Assembly (NCBI GenBank): GCA_010093705.1
Contig: MU006101.1
Location: 471,614 to 535,613 of the forward strand
Length of the DNA: 64,000 nt
Direction of reading: 5' to 3'
From: Patellaria atrata CBS 101060
Lineage: Eukaryota
Numbering within the stretch: the first letter of the stretch is position 1; each line of letters starts with the position of its first letter. The notes under the pieces were generated by a model. The model worked only from the letters and a program-made list of their open reading frames with translations, was not told the origin of the DNA and did no database searches. Of the stretch, positions 1-12,896 are shown piece by piece. The position numbers and the translations under genes are program-made.

Positions 1-272
1 TTTCTTAGATGGTCATGGTATGAAAGCCTCGCTGTAATCGGTCGTAGTAGTTGGACTACCAAAGCTGAGGGGAAAACTGAATACAAAAAATAACATAGAT
101 GAATGATAATCATCACATGATATCTGTCTTCTGTCATAAATCTCAAAATTCTCGTACACGTGGGGTATCTCAGCGACTTTAAGAATCAAAATACCGCCAT
201 GTTCAGCTCGATACTTACGCCAACAGAAAATCAGTAGGAAATAGTCAGAATCGCATGCTCAGGAAGATAGTT

Positions 273-1573
273 TCACACGTCTTCCCGAATCTTCACCTCT
301 GCAATCTTGGCCTCCTCGAGCTCCTTTTCATGTAGGCAAATATTTGCATACCGTTGAGGTAAAATACACCCAGGATGCATGTAGTCGAAACAAAACATGA
401 ACAAAACGCCTGACAGCTGTAAGTCAGAAAGATTCAAAAACGTCTCCACAACCACTTACCAAGAATGGGGAGTACATCCAAAAACCAGAATGTCCACTCA
501 TGCGATACTAAATAGTGTCCACGATGAGCAATCGCAAAGTCTCTCTGGGACTTTGTCCATCCGTCCGAGTAATATATCATGCGGTATACTGTTTGAACCT
601 GCGGTGTAATGTTAAATAGATAACAGTTACAATTGGCTGAAGGAGATAGACATACCATAAGGAGGCACATAGAGACATTGCTCAACCAGAATACCCTACG
701 CCATCGTGCATCGTAAGTACATGTTGGTGATGAGCTATTAGTCCATCCTCTGCTGATCCAAGCAAACCTGATCGTAAGTGCAGCAATGATGAAAAACGTT
801 ATGAGTGGTAAGATGAGTCCAACGCTAATACAATGTGCCCCATGCCATAACGCATCCCACATTTGCCACGGTTCATCTATTGGCTTATCATAAGCTTCTT
901 TATAGCGCATAACACCTACGAACTGGCCAATGGATGATCCAATATATATCAATGCAACGGGGATCGTTGAGCGTTGGACAGGGAACCAGATGCAGCGGAC
1001 GTGGCGTAACTCGTTGGGCGTGATCCACCATACAAGACGACGGAATGTCTGGAAGCATGCTACGGAGAGGAACAACGGCGAAACCCTTGATTATTCTTTC
1101 AGATTTGGCACCAGCTTTTCGGGATATGGAGCTTACAGCAATGAAAATTCCGCGAACGAGATCAGTGATGTGCTTGCCCTTTTTTGACTTCTCACATAAA
1201 ACGCTCTCGCCAGCAGGCCCGCGAACTGGACTAACAAAATCTCAGTAACATACATTATCATATTGGATTGTCAGAACTTACATATAGCTGCACCGAGCAC
1301 TGTGTACAGAAACCATGCTCTGCGTTTAAGATATTTATATGTGCAGAGTAACAGGGCGACTCCGGTTACAACACTTCCAAATATTGCAATCGGTAGCGAT
1401 GGCTCATAGAGGAAGACTCCAATCATCGTCATCGCTGTATAGATACTTAGTTTTTCTTATTCCCAGTGATTAAGACTGAACGTACGATTAACTTTGACCG
1501 GAACACCACCATCAGACTTCGAAGCGTCTGAATCAGAAAGACTTAGACCGCCAGAACTCGAACTTCCCGACAT
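273..1573 (-). CDS. RTA1-like (lipid-translocating exporter family) multi-pass membrane protein, spliced
   Basis: ATG at 1573 (MSGSSSSGG...). An internal exon reads FLYEPSLPIAIFGSVVTGVALLLCTYKYLKRRAWFL. The C-terminal RTA1-type motif is VYRMIYY...GHYLVSHEWTFWFLDVLP, and the last exon ends at TGA 273-275. Several GT-AG introns; inner boundaries are approximate. Confidence 0.7.
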
Positions 1574-4500
1574 TGCGGCACTTGACAAACAGGATATCTA
1601 CTAAAGGAAATGAGGAAATCTTGATAGATAATATATTTCTCAGACTCGGAAAGTAAATAGGAACAGAACAGTAGATAAGATACTACGCGAGCATAGCAAA
1701 GAATTTAGAGACAACGGAAAGACTACTAAGATGTACCAAAATCTGGGGTCACCACGATGGTTATACCTTGAAGTCTAAATTCTCTTTAAAACCAAACTCA
1801 CTCTGGTATCAGATATCTCAAAGCCGAAGCAGAGAATTATTACCTATTCTGCAGGAAGGCTCTCCATGAAAGATAGACCTGCAACTGACTTGAGGTTTCA
1901 AGGAATGCAGGAGGTATGATCTTTAGCTGTGAAAGTTCTACATAACCCCTTCTCTGGAATCAAAAGAGTATCGCGAAGTAAGTCTCCGGTTCCTGCGCGA
2001 GGAGTTTGGTGCAAAACGCGCCTCAAAACATTTAGCAAAATTATCTGAAACGACGCTTAGGGTGACGGTGAATAACATGAGGCAGAAATCATTGGAAATG
2101 GACTAGTCAAACAAGTGATCGTTCAGTTTACAGGGGAAAATTGACGGCCAACTGAGATTTTGTTCTGCGCCGCTATCCATAGTTTTGCCCTTCTCGATAT
2201 GAGGTTTTGAGATGGAAGTATCGTCCTGTTTAATATTGACGGGAGGACTAGACGGGACGCTTGTGGTCCAAGCTCAAGAAGATCACCTCCACTCCACTTG
2301 ACCGGACGGGAAGATGATGACCAGATCAACTCTTTTCAACCTCAAATTTATCGACAGAACTGGACCAAGATAGACATATTTTAGATTAACAGCATATTAT
2401 GAAGGATAACCAAGTACCTAGAGTGTGGTGCATTTTTACCTGCAGAATCCCCCCTGAACCCAGCGGATGAGATGCTTCAATAACCCGGATCTGTTCAGGA
2501 CCTCCAGACAACCGTCAGAACACGACGTTTTGGATTACGTTCAATAGCGACCGACTTGGAGCTTAGCTGGCGTATGAGAAGGACGGAAGTAAGCCTATAT
2601 TGAAGATGTTGGGACATGTGCTCTCTGCCGCTTATCTGTTTCCAACGACATATTTCTCTATTCCGTTTGCCCAGTCCATACACCAATTACAGGAGCTCTG
2701 TTGGATTTCCCACCGTTTGTTCCTCCATGGCGTTCGTAGCACTTCACTAAGGTCTGCAACACTTTCCATTCAGTTGTTATTTCCTCGATCTCTTGATATC
2801 GGATCATTCATGCGCACCAATCGCTATTCAGCATTACATTTGCCGGTGCTATAAACAAGCACGTGAAATATGGCGCCGGAGGTACGGCTTGCTGGTACTA
2901 GATTGAGTCACTACACATCAAACTGCGCAGTCAATCAATAAGAGGGACGGTTTTCGTGTTAAAGATATTGTCTGGTTCTTTGCTTCCGAGGAAAACAGCG
3001 GTTGGTTCTCGTATTTTGCTTCCCGCAAATGGTCATCTTCAATTTGATCTAGAAGTCTATGAAGAGTTTCCTAGGACGGTATTCGGGATGCTCGCTGCAA
3101 CGCACTGCAACGACTACACGATCAATATTTCCCAATCCTCCATAGAAGCTTCTACGTTGATACATACGCTTTTCTTGAAGTATTGTAGGGAAAAGCGCGA
3201 TAGCATAGCAGTCAAAAAATGTTATGACAATATGTTCGGCTGTGGGTACTTCGAGGATTCGGTTTTGTGGATTGTTGAGTGACGTAAAGGTTATAGTTGT
3301 GTCCTGTAAGCCGTTATCAATCTCGCAGTCTCAATATTCACTTACTCAGAACTTAGGGATCATGCTCAACGCAGTTTGCCTTGAGCGTTGGATCCGGTAA
3401 GAATTGTGCATGACCCGACCGGGCATTCAATTTTTCAAAATGCTCGTACACTTCCTTTTTGTCGGCTATGGTTTCTACAGACATCATTGTTGCTTGTTGC
3501 TAATGTAGAACTAATCGCTAATAGAATTCCCGCTCCCTGAAAACTGGTATCTCTGCTGATCACACTTTCAGTGCGGCTTTTGAGTTGAAGCACTTGAAAA
3601 GTGAAAACATATGTTCCTGAACGGTCGGTTGCCGAAGTTCACAATCTCTACGTTGATGGCAGATATCAGTCATAACACTCGTTAGGTATTGTGTATACAC
3701 ACGCACAATTATTTACCCATAGAGCCTTGGAGACTGACCGAGGCGTGCCGGGGGGAGCAAAACCTCATCTACCGAGGGAGAACTTTTACTCGTTTGATAG
3801 GCATAGGATGAAGAATCTGGACAGTTGCTCTTTAGGCGAGGATGGTACCTCATTCAAACCTTTTCATACGGTAGCATGGCTGCGGAGATAAGATCGGGGT
3901 ATCGTAGGTCCCTTACCTTATTTATACACGTAGTTCCGCACATGAACTTCATACCTGGCTCAGCGAATCTCACTCCGCTCCATCCTTCTTCCTTCTCTTA
4001 AGTAATTGGGCACCGAGGTATCGTCCTCATATTCTTCTGGTTTATAATCGCGTTCTTAGCTAAGGTATGGTAGGTTCCGATCAACGGAGGTAATGGGTGG
4101 CAGCTGCTATCCTCCGGCATACTCGCTCTTACCTCACAACGAACAAGCAACCTTAGCTCGGACTTTACCACGAGCACGAGTCTTCATTACCAACCGTCGT
4201 CCAGGCGATATTACAACATGACAATCTGACGGTCGATAAAATTGGATCTGATGACCGTCCTCTTAAGATCGCAAGGTTCATATACACTCTGAACTGAAAT
4301 CCTCAGAGCTCAACCTTGAAGGTGATATGAGGTGTCCAGGTTGATGTATATGGCCCTCCTTCACCACCAAGTAATCAATTATCGATTTCTGTACATTCTG
4401 AACGCACTACACTAGTTTATCATGTAAAGCGGGGTCCCAGTTACTTTCTCGGCCGAAGTAAATGTTACGGCACGTGGAAAAGATCTCGGGCCAGAAAGTC

Positions 4501-4959
4501 GGCTGCCCCTTTCACAGAAATCACGCAAGAACGGCTTGCCCCGTAGACAAAATGGATAACCTCCTTCCTCCTTCAATTTTCATATCCACTTCTGGCCTTG
4601 AAGAGCCTCTTATCTTCGTCATTATCACATGCATGCAAAGCTTGCTACTACGGAGAGAAGATAAAACTTTTTCCTCCATAAGTTCTTCTTCACTCTTCCA
4701 CCTCTTTCCCCTCCAAACCTCTTCTTCATTGTTTCAGAACAACCCCGATATATTTTTCTGCTGTTAAAGAACAGTGTAACATTTCTGGTGTCTTCATCCC
4801 GATCTCGCTACCAATAGCAGCACGCTCATCGCAACGTTAGGTTGTGTTGTGCCGGGACATTGCGCTATCCGTCATTCACAACTCCATCCCAGAATCAATC
4901 ATTGTTCTATCGATAATCTACAACTCTCTCACTACTTAAGCCTCGAGGTTTGAGACACC

Positions 4960-6640
4960 ATGGGACAACTAAACTCAACCCTCATTGATTGTAAGCGATT
5001 CGAATATCATTCTTACAATCCCAATATTGACTGATATTTTCTCAATCATAGCATCATCCAACACCGAAACGTCCAAAGTGATCCATCACTTGGTCGATCA
5101 ATCTCTCTACGTCGACATGAAGTCATTAAGTCTTTATGCCGTCCTTCTTTTGATTCTTGCCAAAGTACTTGCAATTGCATATCACAAGATCAACCTCTCT
5201 TTGACTCGCCAAAAGATCATGACCGAACTCGGTTGCAAACCTATTCTTAGCACTTACCCGCTAAAGGATAGACTCTTCGGAATTGATTTTGTCATTGCAA
5301 ATGTGCGCGCTAGTCGGACTGGTCTCTACCTCGAGCACAGTCGCCAGCGCTTCAACTCTCTGGGAAAGACATGGAAGACGCGCATCTTCGGGAATACTCT
5401 TATCCAAACCATCGACCCCGAAAACCTGAAGGCAGTATACTCTACCCGTGTTGATGATTACGTCTTGGGAAACTTCCGCTCCGTTTCCTTCACGCCATTG
5501 TTGGGTAATGGCATCTTTACAATCGATGGCGAGGATTGGCGTCATTCTCGTACCCTTCTCCGCCCGGCTTTCACAAAGCAGCAGTATGCGAACTTCGATG
5601 TATACGAGCGACATTTCCAGGAATTGATCAAGCAGGTACCTTTGGATGGTAAGACGTCCATTGATCTTCAACCTCTGTTGTTCTGCCTGACTATGGACTC
5701 GTCGACCGAGATCATTTTTGGTAAATCGGTGAATAGTCTTATTGCGAAGCCGGACAATGATGAGAACGCCGCTTTCTCCGCTGCTTACGAAGTAGCTAAG
5801 ATGGAAACATTCATCAACGTCCAAATGTATCCATTCGGTCAGATGCGAAACTTGAAGGAGATGAACGCGGCAATCAAGACCGTCCATGCTTTCATTGATC
5901 GTTTCGTTCAAATGGCAATAGAGATGAAGCAGAAAGGAGACACTGGCAAGTCTGAGCTGAAGAAGTACAGTTTCATATATGACATTGCCAATTCTACAAA
6001 TGATGTTGTGAAGATTCGGTCTGAACTTCTTAGTCTACTGCTTGCTGGTCGCGACACAACGGCTGCCCTCATCTCGAACATGCTTTGGTTACTTGCTCGC
6101 CGCTCGGATGTATTCGACAAACTCAAGGGAGAGGTCAATACCCTCAACGGGGAAATGCCAACCTACCGTCAACTTGACGCCATGAAATATCTCAAGTGTT
6201 TCCAGAAGGAATCGCTTCGTGTTCATAGCGTAGTCCCTTTGAACACTCGTACAGCTCGTGTCGACACTCTCCTTCCTCGAGGTGGTGGGCCAAAAGGCAA
6301 AGATCCCGTTTTCGTCACTGCGGGAACTCAAATTGTTTCATCTTCCTTCGCACTCCACCGCGATAAGGACATCTATGGCGACGATGCTGAGGAGTTTCGA
6401 CCGGAGCGATGGGCGGATGACTTCAGGCCACTTTGGGGTTTCATGCCATTCCTTGGTGGTCCTCGTGTCTGTCCCGGTCAAGGTCTCGCTATGGCTGAAG
6501 CTTCTTATACTGTGGTTCGCTTCATGCAAACAATCAACCGTATGGAGCCTGGCGATGCATTGGATTCTACGATGTGGGCGGAGGATCTTGCCATCACTTG
6601 TTCTAACACTCATGGTTGCAAGGTTATATTGCATGCTTAG
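4960..6640 (+). CDS. Cytochrome P450, CYP52 clan (alkane/fatty-acid hydroxylase-like)
   Basis: ATG at 4960 and an in-frame intron 4991-5051 (GTAAGC...CTGAT...TAG); an alternative ATG lies at 5117. N-terminal TM anchor, then LLGNGIFTIDGEDWRHSRTLLRPAF, I-helix AGRDTT, ExxR (ESLR), PERW and heme loop FLGGPRVCPG. Confidence 0.93.
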
Positions 6641-7575
6641 TAGGATGATACCTTGTTGAAAGCCCTGATATGGGTCTCATATATCTCTTATTCTATGGAC
6701 TGCTCCCTTAATATCTTAATGCATGGGAACTTCCAGGAGGTGGTCTGATCGGGTCTGATATTCTTTACCCTGGTTCCCTATTTTCTTATATCATGCATTT
6801 CTTACGGTGGGCTTACCTCTCTCTAATTCAAAATGGGTTTACAAACGGATTTTTCCTGATATGCTAGATTTGTGCGCATGTGACAGCTGCTATGGCACTG
6901 ATAGCATCACCTTTTCGGTCTAGCCTGAGATGCTAAAAGATGGGAGAGGCTTTTGGCAGCATATGATCAATTAATATTCTCAATCAAACAAATCGATCTT
7001 AATTCTGCAATGGTGAACTGGGAGTCTTATGCGACTCGAGGAATTTAATTGTGCTGTTCCTGGATAAAATAGAAAAGGGAGGTAAAGAGGATTTCGTCCG
7101 TTCTAACAGACCACTACCGTGAACAATGCATAGCATCCCTTTGATATTAGCATTTATTTTACAATGTTGCACAGAACAACGCCAGTTCCTCCTTGTCGTT
7201 ACTTTTATTGGTTCTGGTAACCAATATACGCTATGGCAGAGCAGCTGATATAATGGTACTTTTCTCATCGACATGGTACTTCATTAGCGAAGGGCGCATA
7301 ATCTAGGGAGCCTAATCATAAAGAAGAGAGATCGAAGCGAGTGATACAGATTCCACTATCATATATGGCAGTTAAGCTATGCAAGAATCATGATTCTGTT
7401 GATGGATTTCCACTCCCGCCTTTCTTTAGTTTAGCTAATGCGAAAAGGAGAATATATCGCTACAATTAGTCTCATGATCCAGCATCAAGCACAGGCCGTT
7501 ACCCATTAGGTTCGTTACTATCATACAGACGTCTTTTGGGAGCTTGTGTTGCACGCATCAGACCGGTATTCCAAC

Positions 7576-8249
7576 TCAACTGATCTTCGCATTCGAGAAA
7601 TCCATTTCTATTCGGAGTTAGCGACATAGCACAGATGAGGTACATGTAGGTCAAGAGTACCTGGGTGTTGTGATTTAAATTTCTCTAAAATATCTAGTTT
7701 CTTCTGCTCATCGCTAGTAGGTAGCCCCATTTCCTTCTGTCGTTGGTCGAACATCATCTTTTCTACCATCTGCCGTGTTTCACCTTCGAGATCGCTCAGC
7801 TTGCTATTTTCAGGTTGTATCTTTGACGTGTCTATTGCTGGGGCAGATGTGATAACATGGGGCCACCACTCCATTTGGTTGACCTTGTCGAGATGTATGC
7901 TGACTTCTTTGCCGTCCTTAGTGGTCTCTAGTGTCCAAGTGGATTCATCGACGTGGATGGCCTTGGGAAGGTCGCCCTGAGGGGAAATAAGTCACAGTAC
8001 ACGATATCAGAAATTGAGGCTCACATCTATGATCGGCTCCTGACCTTTAATAGCCACTTTAAGTTTAGTTTTGGTCAACTTGACATCGAGATCTCTGCCC
8101 TTGATATTGGCGGGGACGGGAACCGTAACATCGACATCTTTGATAGTTTGCGTCCATTTGTAGGGGAGATTAGCTTGCTCTTCGGCCTCTTTGGCCTTGA
8201 GTTCCGCGTCAGCTTTTTCTCGCTCAGAGGGCGTTGGTGAAGAAGCCAT
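7576..8249 (-). CDS. nudC: Nuclear movement protein NudC (CS/p23 domain co-chaperone), 3 exons
   Basis: [18 protein letters not shown]...DESTWTL...[45 protein letters not shown]...[13 protein letters not shown]. Two introns; stop at 7576-7578. Confidence 0.95.
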
Positions 8250-8600
8250 AACTGTGTTGTTGTTCAATACTGTATACAGTACGTGGGTTATGAACTGACA
8301 AGAGAGCTGCGGTGGCTTGATGTTGTCCCTTCTTTAGTTCTACTGGAGGTCATCCCGGCAGATCGACATCGTCACCGACCTTCGAACTATCACCTACAAA
8401 AACACCTAGTCCGTTTATTTCCCCTGTAAGCCTATTAATGTTTATAACTCCAGCCTTTATATTGTTCACAAGACCCTCTTTTGAGCTCATTGGATGCTAT
8501 TCCGTCCGCACCATGGCATAGAAGCCCAGGAATTTACATAACCACGTCCCCGCAACAACTGCGCTTTGACTAGGGAGTATCCCGCAACTACTGGAAACAA

Positions 8601-10917
8601 ATGGCGAGCTCTTTTGAGAAATCCGTGAAGGGGGGAACAAAGATCAAGGTACTGTGTTATTCTAGCTATTGATTTACTAGTTCCGAGGGTTAAAATACCA
8701 CTGCATTAGCTAACAGGTTGTCACCCAGCTCGCAGCTCCAAAGTCCAAATACGTCGAGCATATCCTCATCGCGACACACGCGGGCGAAGCAGGCGTCGCG
8801 GAAATATTTCGAGCCCTTCAGAACCGCCTCCGTGATTCGACATGGACTATCGTCTTCAAGTCCCTCATAATCGTCCACTTTATGATTCGGGAAGGGGAGC
8901 CGGATGTAACATTGAAATACTTGGCCCAATCGCCGCATAGACGATTGGCAATCAACAATTTCACAGAGGGTATGTTCGGATCCATTCTTTACAGTTTACT
9001 CGTGAGGAGAATTTCCAAAGGTTCTAGGGATCAAATGCAAGGGTTTGAAACTCTCAACAATGTAATGGGGCGTATGAGAACAGTGTATCTTTAGAAACAC
9101 TACCTTCATATTTCGCGACATAAGCCGCCATAGGTGTACTCTTGGTGATATCATACCCATCAGGGAACCTCATAGATACCGTGCTGACGAAGCATGGCAA
9201 ACCAGTTCAGACGCAAGGCCGGAATATTCGAGCATACGCCGAGTACCTCGTTCAACGATCAGTCAGCTATGGGCAAACGAAAGTTGACTACGTACGAGAC
9301 GGAGAGAGACGTTTGAAGCGACTCACGATTGATAAGGGTCTTCTTAGGGAGACCGAGAGCATTCAAGATCAAATAAGAGCCCTTATACGATGTGATGTAT
9401 GAGTTCTGCATTTTACGCTGTTGTCACCACTAAACAATTGGCAGTTCCTCTCACAAGAGCCAGAGAACGAAATCACTCTCATGGCCTTCAGACTTCTGAC
9501 GATGGATTTGCTTGTCCTCTTTCACGTGATGAACGAGGGTACCATCAACGTTCTTGGTATGTGCCCCACAATGTTTGTCATATCGGGCTTTCTAACAACT
9601 CTAGAACATTACTTTGAGATGTCACACCCAGACGCAGAGAGGGCCTTGAAGATCTATCGTACTTTCGTCAAACAGACGGATCAGGTTGTACAGTACCTAA
9701 GCGTTGCGCGACATTATGAACATGCTACACGGCTAGAGATTCCCAAGATCAAGCATGCTCCGACGAGTTTATCTGCCTCCCTGGAAGAGTATCTCAATGA
9801 TAAAGACTTCGAGATCAACCGGCGCCAGTATCTAGCCCAACAGGAGGCAAAGAAAGCCGGTGGAAAATCCAATGGAACTAGTAAACTCTTTGGAGATATG
9901 AAACCTTCAGCGTCAAAATCTTCAATAACGCAGAGCTTTCCTTCACCTAAGCAGGCAAAAGCGGAACCGGCTAAAACTGAAGCGAAGGGTCCGGCACCAG
10001 ATCTAATCGACTTCTTCGAGTCGATAGAGCAGAATCAGCAGCCGATGGCTCAGCAGACACCGCAATTTCAGTATACGCAAAGCCAGCCGCAACAGCAGGT
10101 ATTCCAGCAAAACACTGGGTTTCAGCAGACACAACTTCCAAGTACAACGGGTCAATCTACCAACCCTTTTGCACCGCAGCAAGCCCAGGTACAGAGTAAC
10201 TTCACGGGGGCCGGCTTTGGTGGATATACCACGTTACCACAGCAGCAACAGCCCTTTAGTCCACAACTAACAAGCATACCACAAAATGGGATTCCAACCT
10301 TAAACTTCCAACAGCCACAGGCACAGCAGCCACTAAACTCTCCACCGGCTCAACTACAACCACAGCCCACAGCTACTAACCCTTTCCGCCAATCAATGAT
10401 GCCAAGTGTTACGGGCCTGTCATCCAATTCTATGATCCAGTCTCCTACTGGCCCTCAATCTCCTCCTTTCAGTGTTCAAAACACTGGAGCTACTAACCGC
10501 TCCGCTACAAATCCTTTCGCGAAACACGCCTCTCCCTCCCTCTCTAGCTCTCCTTTTCAGTCATCGCTTCCCCAAATTCAGGCTCCTCAACCTTCCCCCT
10601 TTCAACAACCCCTACCACAGCCGACTGGTACAAACCCATTCGCACGAAATACCTCCCCGTCGGCTGGTGCGGGCGCCTTTTCTCCTCAAAGCGCGCTGTC
10701 GCCGCAGAGCACGCTCGCGCCAAACGTTACCGGTAGTACCAATCCCTTCCGCCAGAGTACCTTCGTAAACCAAGCGACCGGACAGGGATGGCAGCAAGGC
10801 TCGCAAGGGACGATGGGCGGGTTAGAGCAGTTAGATACCGTGCCCATATTCCCAAGGCCGGGACAGCAGCAACAGTCTGGCCAGCACGGACAGGCTGGTC
10901 AAGGGCAAGGTTGGTAG
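8601..10917 (+). CDS. ANTH-domain clathrin assembly protein (AP180/Yap1801-like)
   Basis: Starts MASSFEKSVKGGTKIK|LAAPKSKYVEHILIATH. ANTH core includes HYFEMSHPDAERALKIY. A DLIDFF motif and five TNPF (EH-binding) motifs lie in the Q/P/S-rich tail. Multiple introns, including one at ~8970-9205. Confidence 0.92.
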
Positions 10918-10984
10918 TGAGCAGAGGTTGGTGAACTGAATGGCTGGGATACCTTTTTATCATAGGGAAAGCGAATGTGCTAAT

Positions 10985-12070
10985 AGAATTTCAGCGGTAG
11001 ACATCGCGGCACGGTGAGATTTACATTCAACTCTGGTGCATCGCCGTACTCTCTCAAATTTTTTTGATGTTAAAGAAGTTTTGCTATCTCTACCTGGACT
11101 CAGCGGGCGTACTGAACTTTTATCTGTATTGAACCTTCGATCTTGAGGTGGCCGCGAATGTAGCGCCCGGCTGTAAGATCGAGCTCTAATGTTTGAGTCT
11201 AGCAAGAGAAATATTCGAACTGTACTGATATCTGTATTCCATCTCTCTGCTGAAATAATCATACGGGTAGAAATAGTTATTCTGCAAGCTTACAGGGGTC
11301 GGGAAATGTCACCATGTCGGGAAAAAGTCACATCCGAAGTTGAGATGACCCTTTCTGAGTGTTCATTGGACCTTTCTAGCTTACGTTAACCCTCGATGTG
11401 AGAAGCGCGGTGACGTTGAAAAGCCACACGCCAAGACCTGGGCCACCATCCAATCCTTCATCACTTGAAGGTCTCATTTCTTGTTCGACATTGAAAGCGA
11501 CAATACTAGAGCAATTGAGCTCAGGGCACTTCCTGTCGGATTCAGACCGATACCCCAAATTAAATATCCAAAGGAGCAAGGTGTATCTCACATCATTTCG
11601 CTCGAAAGCGTGACATTCCCGAGTATCTGGCTGAAAACGGCGTCATGGATTCCATCAGCGATGAGATGGGGTAACGACAGCGGACGGATCAGTTCCTAAT
11701 AACTGCGAGAACTTATCTTCGGACGACCTTTGCCCTATTGCTCTGGTCCTCTATTCTTGACGATGAAGATGTTACGGCAGTTAGAGCGTCAAGCATCCCT
11801 CCAAGTTAGTTTTGGTCAGGAAGCGCCGGGTCATACGTTTTGATAGACTTAGATATCATGATATCATACTAACGGCTCTTAGGGATGATATGGACGGTCC
11901 CTGGCCTTCGAGAAGCTTCACGGCTGTGCCGACTCTGGCGGCTTCTTCTTCCCTAGAAGCCAGACCTCAATTAGGGAAGACAGAAGGTTATATCAGTGAA
12001 AGCTAGAAGTTGAGCGTGTACTAGGATAAGACGAAGATACGGCCATATACGGAGTTGACATAGCTGCATT
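10985..12070 (-). pseudogene. Possible degenerate protein-coding relic (F-box-like N-terminus)
   Basis: Protein-like fragments broken by stops and frameshifts: MQLCQLRIWPYLRLILV..., SLRAVSMIS*YLSLSKR..., LARLKH/LELDLTAGRYIRGHLKIE.... The resemblance to fungal F-box proteins is subjective. Confidence 0.22.
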
Positions 12071-12896
12071 GGACCTGTTTGGTTAGGGTTTTCTGACTAT
12101 AGGCCATGTTCTAGTCGCAGGACTTGCAACGAGAGATCTTTGTCGGACCACTTGGCCTTTCTCCTCGTCCGACAAAATTTACCGACTTGAATGATTCTGT
12201 CCCTGAACTTGAGAGCCTGATTATTAAGTTTATTTCGCCGTGCTCGATGAGAAGAGAGGGCGGAGGGTCGAGAACTGTACAAATTTCACTTCCTGGTTAT
12301 GAAAAATGTTTCGCACGCCGTCAGAAACCACGAGCTCATTGATTAGTGTATATTTCCTTTCGCTCCTATCTATCAATGCATGCATTGAAAATTAAAATGG
12401 AATTTCAATCACGTTGTGGCCACCTATTTCACGCTATAACAACTATAGTATTATATGCTTTAATAGTTCCGCTATCTGTGCGATTGCTGACTCCGTTTCT
12501 CAGATGATTTAATTTGCTATTTTGCTCATTGACCGTTATGCTATTGTTACAAAAATGAATAGTCGTCCGCGTGCGGCACGCGAGTCTGGAATGATTGTTT
12601 GCGTCACGACTTCTTTGTGTCGCTTTCATACGTCAGCATCGCTTTACACGTCGGTTTTTCTCGCCAGCGTTCTTGTGGAAATCTATTCTATTCTTTTCCA
12701 AGTTCCACTTCTTTCAATCGCGCAAATTTGTAGTACCCGTTGTTGTTACTACACTCTCGTATACTATGTAATCATAATTCCGGAGGAAAAGACATCGGGA
12801 TAACTTATAAGCTTTTTCAACTTGCTAAATCGTCGGGCTCGGATAAAGTTCAGAGCAGATTGAACTTTCTTCCCATTCGATACGTGTTTACTTACC

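Noticed and set aside
273..6640. RTA1 plus P450 as a possible secondary-metabolite cluster edge
   Set aside because: No backbone enzyme or cluster regulator is in the window and housekeeping genes follow immediately; sequence left of the window cannot be assessed.
8970..9205. Long (236-nt) intron in the ANTH gene as a snoRNA host
   Set aside because: No C/D boxes or convincing H/ACA double hairpin are visible by eye.
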